Positions 54,261-64,000 of a stretch of DNA of 64,000 nt are shown piece by piece; the stretch's first letter is position 1, and every line of letters starts with the position of its first letter. This DNA comes from Camelus ferus (lineage: Eukaryota), in contig NC_045697.1 of the NCBI RefSeq assembly GCF_009834535.1, positions 72,914,001 to 72,978,000 on the forward strand, read 5' to 3'. The notes below the pieces were generated by a model. That model saw only the letters and a list, made by a program, of their open reading frames with translations, had not been told where the DNA came from and searched no databases. Position numbers and translations under genes: made by a program.

Positions 54261-54261
<1 letters not shown>

Positions 54262-54293
<32 letters not shown>
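54262..54293. repeat. (TG)n microsatellite
   Basis: Directly visible. Confidence 0.97.
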
Positions 54294-54295
<2 letters not shown>

Positions 54296-55352
54296 CAGAT
54301 CAAAATAAAATGATACTCCTCTTATAGTTTCTCTTTTATAATATGCTCTGCTTTCCTCACCTCTATAAACCGACATTTACTGTGATGCTATGCTTTCTGT
54401 TGGGAAAATGTGTGTGCCTTAGTGTATGTGTTTCCTGGGGGCATGGGAGTTGTTCTGATTCTCTGTCTTACGACTTACATCAAGTCCTAGTGTTGCCAAG
54501 GGACGCTTAGTGTGCCATGGAGTTACAACACTTGCATTGCCGCAAAAACAGCTGTTACATTCTCCAGTAGTTTTGACTTCAGGGATCCTACTACCTGAGT
54601 CTTTTCTATCCTACATGCTACTATGAGCCCATGAATAAACCTATTTCACATACCCTGATTTGGCTTGTGGCTTTGAAGTTGCTGAAGTGTTTCCTCCTGT
54701 GTTCTTAAAGTCAAGCATGGGCCAATGCAGAAAAAGCAAGAGAAGTCAAGCCAGATGTAGCTAGGTCAAGAAAATTAAGCACCCAGTACCTAATATTAAG
54801 TAAAATGGGAAGAATTCTGAGGAATTCAGCTAGAAAACTGTGTCCTAAGTAGTAACCACAGTAAAAAATCATGCTATGATTTAAAACTATGAATGTCTAG
54901 CCATCTTTAGATGCTTGTGGTAAACCTCTCATTGAAGACTTTTGTGGCTTCTTCTGTAAATAACTCAAATAATTTGTACTGATTTTTACTAGAGTGAGCC
55001 TAATTGTAGTACAAGGCACAAATATCCACATTAACCATTTTTTCAGAGAGAATTAGCTCTCAAACTGTTCCTTCTCCCCTGACGCTAACCCCCCCCCCAA
55101 AAAAAACCCTGCACTTGACTTGACCCAGCAGAGACTAGTTTCCATGTTTGTTAAGCCACATCATCAGAAGTAGGGTAACAAATGTCTGTATTTATTTTCA
55201 TTTGACATGAAAAGTTTGTACTTTAAACAGAGAAATTCTTACTATGGCTTAGGTACACCTACTTGCTGGTAGTATAGTAATGATCCTTAGTACAGCTGTT
55301 CTGCTTAGTAATATATAATCTTCGAATCCTATGTGTTAACTCAACTGTGGAA

Positions 55353-55505
55353 GTTGTTTGTTTGTTTTAGATTCCACATGTAAGTGAAATCATATGATAC
55401 TTCTCTCTCTGTCTGACTTACTTCACTTAGTATAGTAATCTCTAGATTCATCCATGTTGCTGCCAATGGCATTATTCCATTCTTTTTATGGATAAGTAAT
55501 ATTCC

Positions 55506-55547
<42 letters not shown>

Positions 55548-56060
55548 CACACAATGTGGTATCTTCTTTATTCATTCATCTGTCAATGGACACTTAGGTT
55601 GCTCCATTTCTTGGCTATTGTAAATAGTGCTGCTGTGAACACTGGGATGTATATATCCTTTTGAATTAGAGTTTTCTACAGATATATGCCCAGGAGTGGG
55701 ATTGCCAATCATATGGTAACTCTATTTTTAGTTTTTTTAATCTCCACGCTGTTCTACACAGTAGCTGCACCAATTTACATTCCCACCAACAATATAGAAG
55801 GGTTCCTTTTTCTCCATACTCTCTCCAGCATTCATTTGTAGACTTTTTATGATGGCCGTTCTGACTGGCGTGAGGTGATACCTCACTGTAGTTTTAATTT
55901 GCATTTCTCTAATAACTAGTGTTAATGAGCATCTTTTCATGTGCTCATTAGCCATCTGTATGTCTTCTTTGGAGAAATGTCTATTTAGGTCTTCTGCCCA
56001 TTTTTTGATTGTTTTTGTTTGTTTGTTATTGAATTGCATGAAATGTTTGAATTTTCTGGA
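55353..56060 (-). mobile_element. LINE-1 ORF2 3' fragment containing (TG)n at 55508-55544
   Basis: [28 protein letters not shown]...[15 protein letters not shown]. Confidence 0.95.
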
Positions 56061-56114
56061 AGTAAATGTTTTTATTATTGTTAGGTCTTCTATATCATAT
56101 AAAGAAATCCTTGC

Positions 56115-56437
56115 TCAGAATGTGACTCTATTTGGAAATAGGGTCTTTAAAGAGGTAATTAAGTTAACAGGAGGTAATTAGGGTGGACCCTAATCTAATA
56201 TGACTGATTTCCCTATAAGAAGGAGAAATGTGGGCATAGAAAACCACAGAGCAAAGACCATGTGAGAACACAGGGAGAAGATGCTGTCTACAAGCTAAGA
56301 GGAGCCCCAGAAGAAACCAGCCCTACTAAAACCTTGACCTAGAATTTATATTGTCCAGAACTATGAGAAAAAATTTTCCATTGTTTATGCCATCCAGTCT
56401 CTAGTACTTTTTTCTAGCAGCCCTAGAAAACTAACGC
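56115..56437 (+). mobile_element. MLT1A/B-type MaLR LTR
   Basis: cagaatgtgactctatttggaaatagggtcttt...agcagccctagaaaactaa. Confidence 0.85.
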
Positions 56438-58648
56438 AGGAAACATTTTCTTGAACTTGCTTATTGGATAATATATTACTTGTCATATCATTTCAAATTC
56501 CTTGATGAAATTCAAGTGAAGGAGGCTAATCATTTTTTATGCCTTTAAGGCACATCTTGTGGTATTGGACATGTAGTTTATTTGCCTGCTTTAATGAAAA
56601 TAAACATTGGTATTCTTTGATATTAAGTGTTTAATCGAATTTTATCCAGTACTGGAAATGCACTTACTTTAGGTAGTCTGAGGAATCAATACCATATCTG
56701 AGTAGGAATTTCCTCTAAATTTCATCTAATTCATTACCTCGCCATAAAATGGTTAAGGAAGATCAATGTCAGATTTGTTTATAAAAGGCGGGTACCATGT
56801 TAATAAAATGGAATGACAGTGAAAATAACATTTTAAAGATCACTTCAATTCAGTGTTGCTAGCTGGCTTCTTTTTCCTTTTTTTCACTGAAAGAAGCAAA
56901 CTAGTTGAGACAATAGGAAATTGGCTTCTATTTCTAATCACTGACCTCTAGGATGAATAAATCAAAAGGAAATAGTCCTCTAACGTGAAGTAAAATCCTT
57001 AGGGGAGTTGGACAAGCAAAGAAATTCATGTACTTATAATGAAAAGATAGAAAAAAGTAGACTGGGTAAAACAGAAAGCTAAAAAAGCAAAATTTAGGGG
57101 TCAGAAATCTGTTGTTTGTAGAATGTGAATAACATTTTGAACCCAGACCTAATCCCCTGGCTTTCTTGTTTGAAAAAGGAACTAAAGTCTGAGGACTAGA
57201 AGCAGTCAAGCCGTGTCTAAGAGGTGCTGCTAATATCTCATCCATCACCATCCATAGCCAACTCGATCAATGCCCCACAACAATGAGCATCCTTGTTGTC
57301 TTGGGACCATGAATAAGAAAATAGAGGTAAAGTTTTTGTTTAGTAATTCCATATTTGTCCATTGAGTGCATATTTTTAAAAGTGCTTAATAAATGTGGTC
57401 AGTGTCTGATGATGAGTTAGAAAACATTAGAGTGAGTTCTTTCCTTTGCCCTCAATACTTCTAGCTAATTCAGGGGCCAAGTGGAACAGTATCCATTATA
57501 AATGACACGGCTTTATAAACAGGCATTTCAAATGCCATAGACATATGAATTAACATTTTCTTCTATTCCATAATTACTTACTTATTATCAATTAAGAGCG
57601 TGGCATGAGCATATGGTAGCTTCTCATCTGCTCATTTCTTCCTCTCAATTTGTTGTTGTCATTAATTAGTTGATGCTGACAGTGTTTAACCAAATCAAAC
57701 TAATTAATAATAGTCTACTAGGTCAAAGCCTTTCTCTTTGCATCTTATGCTCATTCATCAGTAGCTGACTTCTATAATATTATCAAAATTGAGTAGAATA
57801 AAATATTTTGGGGACATATTTTGATGAAAACTATTTGAAGATTCCAAAATTTATGTCATTCCTAATACCTGAGTCATATTACTTTATTTTGAATATGCTA
57901 AACATCTGAAATATCCTTTCCCTTGAGATTTTTCCTGTTTTATTTTATGGAAATAAAGATATAAATTCCTCTTTTTTTTTTTTTTTTTGTCTTCAAAATC
58001 TTATAGTTCCTTATAGTGCAGGATACAGTAGGGAAAAAACATCAGCCTTGAGTACTAGCTCCCCTAGGGAAGACTATTGCTGAGTTTTTATCTGATATTG
58101 TGCTGCCTCCTCTTCTGGTGAAGAAAAACTGTTGGATACCCTGCATTAGTGCTCAGATTCACTGTCAAGGTGGAGTAGATAGGTGACTCTACTGGAAAAT
58201 ATTTAATTTTTTTTTATGAAAGGCTTAATAAAAATAATCATGAAAGGTAAAATGCTGACATTAGCTCTATCTGTACACAGATTTCCCTATTTAAGAACAA
58301 AACCTCAAAATCAGAAAACGAAACTCTAATTGGGTATATAGACAACTGGATGAAGCAGCCCCAAGCAGGTCTCCCAAGTTTTGTCTTCCCTCAAGTTTCT
58401 CTCATGCCAAACATTACTGCCAAACTCTCACCATCCATGAAACCTTCAAAGCTCTAGCCTTGTCATAAACAACACACTTCCCATGAAACTCATTTACACA
58501 GCTAAAGCTTTTAACTAGTTTTATAAAGGGAGAACAATAGCAAAATAAATGCAAAATACAGGAGTGAAGCAGTCTGGCTTATTGAAGGCAGAACCTAGTT
58601 AGGGTTCATGGACCTCCTTTCAAGTCTTGGCCTACGTATGTGGTAGCC

Positions 58649-59345
58649 CAATAGTTCTCACATTTTTTTGATCTCTAGATTCCTTTACTTTCTTAAAATA
58701 TTGAGGATACCACAAAATTCTGCTTATGTGGACTAAATTATCAATGATTTACTCTATTTTAAATTAAATGGATTTTTTGAAAATAGGAGAGTGGCTAGGT
58801 TCCAATATGTGTTCCATCACATGTTGACATAAGTAGCATATTTTTATAAAAACTGATTATATTTTCTAAAACAAAGATAAATGCAGTGAGAAAAGTGACA
58901 GTTGTTTCACATTTTTGCAAACCCTTTAACATCTGGCTTAATGAAATCGAACTGAATTCTTATGTTTGTTTCTGCATTATAATTTCTTGCAATATATTGT
59001 GTTGCTTTGAAATATATGAAGGAAACACAACCTCATACAATTTTATAAATGGAAAGCATGGGAGACATTAGTATTTTTATATCCTTTTCAGATAATTATG
59101 AATATTCTTGGATTCTATACAAAAATTTGACAACTGGTAATGTCTTAGAGATTAGTTACAATATGCAGTCTGAAACAGTACGAATTAACTTTTTGTATAT
59201 ACTCTGTTACATTAAAACCCATACTATAGTTTACTCATTGAGTGGAACTTTCACTTTTAATTGTGAATGGTAATATAATACTATGCATTGATTACTTGGA
59301 AAGTATTTGGCTAACAGAATTTATGTCAAGCGTATGGTGGTAGAT
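58649..59345. mobile_element. hAT-Charlie (Charlie1-like) DNA transposon fragment
   Basis: caatagttctcacatttttttgatctctagattcctttactttcttaaaatattgagga resembles the Charlie1 terminus. Confidence 0.7.
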
Positions 59346-60460
59346 ACAACTATCCCATATTAAAATACACTCTGTTTCCTTTCCTTGGAGAATGGTACTA
59401 GTAACCAAGATCTGGCACTATGTGTGCTTGTTGCTACTGGGATGTTGTTGTTTCTAAGCCTTCTCAGTTGACAGAGGAACTGTATGTGTATATACAAATC
59501 CATGTGCATTTGTGTTCGTGTGTGTGTGTAACTGTTCATATCGATATTAAGGTAAACATGAACTCATGATGATGTTCCTAACTCTGATCTATTGACGCAT
59601 AGATTATTCTAGCCTCCTCACCTTGCTTATCTATATACTCCTTCTGCACCAGTGAGAAGGCTGGTTTCAATCATTTGATATTCATTTTTTAATGATTCAG
59701 TTCCAGTATTCATGTATAGTGGCACCATAATTGTTAATTTGGATCCCCATGAGAAGAAACTTTGTCAACTGGAGTACAGTGCTTTGTATAGTTTATTTTT
59801 TACCTTTAGTCTCACCAAATCTATTCATTTCCAAAATTACTTAAGTCAGTAATTTTTACCCCATCCCCTTCTGTGAAACAAATTCATATATGAAGAACAG
59901 TTAGATTCTCTTGTCAAAACAGTATGCATTTCATTCTGAAATCTCCTGACCTCCTAAATGATTCTTTAAAATTTGCATGCATTAAGATTCACTCTTTGTG
60001 CTGTAAATTTTCATGAGTTTTGACAAAAGCATATATCATATATCCACAATTATATAATACAGAATAGATTAATCATCTTAAAAAAAATCCTGTGCTTCAC
60101 ATATTCATTTCTCTTCCTCCCAAGCCCCTAGCAAACACTGCTCCTTTTACCATCACTATACCTTTGCCTTTTCCAGAATGTCATATAATTGGAATCATGT
60201 AGTAAGTAGCATTTTCAGACTAGCTACTTTTATTTAGCAATATGTACTTAAGATCCATCCATGTCTTTTAATAGTTTGATAATTCATTTCTTTTTATCAC
60301 CAAATAATATTCTCTTATATAGATGTACCACAGCTTGCTTATCCATTCAGTTATAGAAGGACACATCCATTGATTCCAATTTTTGGCAATTATAAATAAA
60401 GCTGCTATAAGCGTTCACATGCAAGTCTTTGTGCGAACGTAAGTTTCCAACTCACTTGGG

Positions 60461-60818
60461 TACTATGGTCTCAATGTTTGTATTCCCTTCAAATTCACAT
60501 GCTGGAATTCTGAAGTCCAATGTGATTGTGTTAGGAGATGAGGCCTCTGGGACTGGATTAGGTCATGAGAGTGGAGCCTCATGAGTAGGATTAGTGCTCC
60601 TACATAAGGAATCCCACAGACCTCTTGGCTAGCCTCTTCCACATGAGGGTGCGGTGAGAAGCTGGCAGTCTGCAACACAGAAGAGCACCTGCACCACAGC
60701 CTGATCATGCTGGCACCCTAATCTTTCAGACTCCAGAACTACAGGAAATAAATGTTTATTGTTTACATGCTGCTCAGTCTATAGTATTTTATTATAGCGG
60801 TCCAAATGAATTAAGGCA
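60461..60818 (+). mobile_element. MLT1A/MST-type MaLR solo LTR
   Basis: tactatggtctcaatgtttg...ctccagaactacaggaaataaatg...aattaaggca. Confidence 0.85.
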
Positions 60819-60999
60819 TTTAAGTAAATACCTAAGAGTGTGACTGCTGGATTTTATGGTAAACTGCACTTAGGTTTGTAAGAAACTGCCCATCTTCTTC
60901 CACAGTGGCTTCACAATTTTGCATTCCCATGAGCAATAAGTGAGAGTTCCATTACTCTGCATCCTTATCAGCAACTGGCATTGTTAGTTGTTTGGTACT

Positions 61000-61781
61000 C
61001 AAGGCCTCCACCCTAATTGTATGGAGGGCAGAGCATTGAGCCCAAGAGAATTATTCTTGTTCCTTAAGTTCCAGTAGAATTTTCCGTGTTGGGTTTTGGA
61101 CTTGCTCAGGACCTGTCACTCCTTTCTGTCCTATTTCTTCCATTTGGATTAGGAAGGTTTATCCTATTCATGTCCCATCATTGTATTTTTTTAAGCACAT
61201 AACATGTTTAATTTCACAGATTCGCAGCTGGAAAGGAGTTTGTCTCAGAATGAATTGTACCTTGAGTCTCATCCATATCTGAGTTAGATGATATTTAGAT
61301 GAGACTCTGGACTGTAGACTTTTGAGTTGATTCAGTATGAGTTAAGACTCTTGGGGCTTTTTGGATATAGTGAATATATTTTGCATGCAAGAAGAATATG
61401 AATTTGCTGGGTGAGGGGTGAAATGCTATAGACTGAATATGTACCCCCAAATTTGTATGTTGAAATCTAATTCTCAATGTGATGGTATTTGGAGGTGAGG
61501 ACTTTGGGAGGTGATTGGGTCATGAAGGTGGAGTCCTCATGAATGGGATTAATGACCTTATAAGAGACCTCAGAGAACTCCCTTGCCCCCTTAGCCCTTT
61601 GAAGTTATGGAGAAAAGATGGCCATCTATTAAACAGGAAGCAGGCCCCACCAGGCATCAAATTTGCTAGTGCGTTGATCTTGGACTTCCCAGCCTTCAGA
61701 ACGGTGAGAAATAAATTTATACTGTCTATAAGCCACTCAGTTTATGGTATTTTTTTAATAGCAAACCAAATGGAATAAGAT
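61000..61781 (+). mobile_element. MaLR internal 3' end, polypurine tract and 3' LTR (LTR about 61423-61781)
   Basis: gatgagactctggactgtagacttttgagttga..gagttaagactcttgggg (internal), gggtgaggggtgaaa (PPT), tgctatagactgaat...(LTR). Confidence 0.85.
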
Positions 61782-62006
61782 AATTGGATAATTCAAATTT
61801 AGGTAAATAGGCATTCACCATGAGTATTTATGTTAATCTCACTAGGACTTAGGCTGTGTTTAATATTTGTTGTACCTATTGGTACAAGAGGCTTCAAATT
61901 CTTCTAGGGTTCTTGTTTTGTTTTCTCTGTTGGTCTTAGGGCTCTCCTATGTACTGCTTTTGTATATACTTATTAGAACTTTTAGAAGATCATTTTAGAT
62001 GTACTC

Positions 62007-62153
62007 TTTTTAAAAAATTATTATTGAAGTACAGTCAGTTACAATGTGTCAATTTCTGGTGTACTGCATAATGTTCCAGTCAGCATGTATATGCACTATA
62101 TTCAATATCTTGTAATAACCTTTAATGAAAAAGAATATGAAAACGAATATATA
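62007..62153. mobile_element. Short LINE-1 3'UTR insertion with internal inversion
   Basis: 62007-62092 is antisense and 62093-62153 is sense relative to the same L1 3'UTR (compare 1241-1367). Confidence 0.85.
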
Positions 62154-63249
62154 TTGAAGTGCCCTTAATGCTGGGCTTTTAAAAAGTGAGGCCATTGAGA
62201 GACTGAATATTGAGCTCATTTATTCAGAAACTGTGAGAGGACTACACCTATTCCAGAGAGGAGACAAAGCATTGAAAGAACCCTGATCCTATCCTATCAT
62301 GGAGAACAGATTCTGTTCTCAATCTCAGCTGAGGCTGAAAAGAATAAAGAAATGTACTGTGTGAATTGGTACTCTGTATGTGCTTTAATTCAGAAGGGCA
62401 AGAGATTTTTACTTCACATTTTTTACACTTTAACTTAAAATTGGCTTTAATTCTGGGACTTTAATTGCTTCTTTAGTATTTTGTATTGCAAGAGATTTTA
62501 TGTTCAAAGATAGGTGATCTGATTATTGGTATTTTGTTTGTAGAATATCTTTATCATGTCATCTGATTTAATTACAGAACTCTTGGGGATGCTAGAAAAT
62601 ATCGAAGGAAATAATTTGTAGTTGGAAATATGATAGGGAATGAAAATTTCCCTTTTGAGAATAGAGTAGCCTTGGAGTTTATTTGAATAATGACAGTTTT
62701 GGCTTTCAGAGCCTCTGAAGGCTCAGTCTATAATGTCTATTAGTGTGTATGGAAGAATCTACAAAGAAGCAATTATTTGTACCTCAGGAGAGGCATAATA
62801 TAGGTGAAAGCAGGACTACCTAGAAAATTGTGGACTTTCTCCTCTGTTGGATAGAGCCACATTCTGGTTAACTACAGGCTTACAGGTTTAGCACAATGGA
62901 TCAAGAAAGCAAACAGCTATGAGAATGCTGAGGAACTGACTTTATACCTAGGTTTCCATGTGGACAAACTTCCTATGTCACAGCACTTCTATGTGCCCTG
63001 CTTCCCAATCCTATAAGCAGAATTTGCTGACTAGAACAACCTACTGTAATCCGGTAATGCCTGTCACAGAATGAACAAGTCTGCATAATTCTGGAGTGCC
63101 CAGTTTTCTACAGCATAATCCACATTCTCCAAATAACTTTTTTTCAGTAATGAGGCGGACATTTTGAATTTTACCTACTAAATCTGTCTGCTACTCAGTT
63201 GGTTCCGAATCTGGCAAGAAAGAGAATGATCTAATATGTATCTTCTCAG

Positions 63250-63630
63250 AATTGTAAAGACATGTCCACACAAAAACTTGTAGTAAAGTATTAACAGAAG
63301 TCTGAGTCATATTAGCCAACAAATGGTAACCTAGCTATTAATTTGTGAATGGATAGACAAAATGTGACTTCTTCATACAATAGAATTCTAGAATAGACAA
63401 GATTATAGTGATCAAAAGTGGATAAGTCATTGTCTGGGAGCCCTGCAAAATTGGAGAAAGATGGTAAAGGGGCGCCAAGAACTTTTTGAGGTGATGGAGT
63501 GTTTCAAAACTAGATTTTAGTCATAGTTACATGCTTGTATGTACTTAATAGAATTATTTTAATTGTGAATTTAAAACAGATTTTATTATAAATAAATTAT
63601 ATGTCAATAAGCTATACCTCAATAAAGCTA
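63250..63630 (+). mobile_element. Old L1ME-type 3' end
   Basis: gtgaatggatagacaaaatgtg...gaactttttgaggtgatgga...tatacctcaataaagct. Confidence 0.75.
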
Positions 63631-64000
63631 TAAAATAACTCAAGTTAATAATGCCTAATAAAATATTAGCATGTTGACTAGAGATAATACCAAAGACATA
63701 GTTGCCCTTCTCAAGAAGCTAATGACAAAAATCAAAAGGACATAATAGAGATAACAGAACAACCATGCTACACAAATGAACTTTGAGATATTATCCCAGA
63801 ACTGTTAAAAAGGGGCACAGTTAATTATTGCTGTTTCCAACATTCTACTAAATTGGTCAAACAATGCTAAATTAGGGAGAAAAAAGAAAAGAATTGAAAC
63901 ATGTCTTGCATATTACAATTACGTGATTTTAAAAGAATATTGGTGACGTGTAAACTATATAATGAGGAACACAGGCCCAGTTTGGGGCATCTCTCTGGAA

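Larger units (their letters stand above)
59365..61950 (-). mobile_element. Old L1MC/L1MD-type 3' region interrupted by MaLR elements
   Basis: Antisense L1M 3'UTR text (tttgccttttccagaatgtcatat, aataaagctgctata, gtaagaaactgcc) resumes after each insertion. Confidence 0.8.

Overview
AT-rich mammalian nuclear DNA, probably from a camelid (inferred from three tRNA-derived vic-1-like SINEs). Most of the window is interspersed repeat: young and old LINE-1 fragments, several with intact target-site duplications, L2/MIR relics, MaLR elements, an ERVL pol relic, a hAT-Charlie fragment, and a dense cluster of eight ERV1-type solo LTRs at about 20.4-29.3 kb. I found no intact protein-coding gene; almost all listed ORFs are repeat-derived or chance. 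The main non-repeat signal is a chain of short GT-AG-bounded exon-like segments on the minus strand (about 0.4-53.5 kb). They show consistent splice phases but carry scattered nonsense codons and broken splice sites, which points to a decayed multi-exon gene (candidate unitary pseudogene). I cannot name it with confidence; a weak resemblance to CCDC7/C10orf68 is from memory only. All exon calls and repeat family names were made by eye and need RepeatMasker and homology checks. I see no evidence of a novel multi-gene system.
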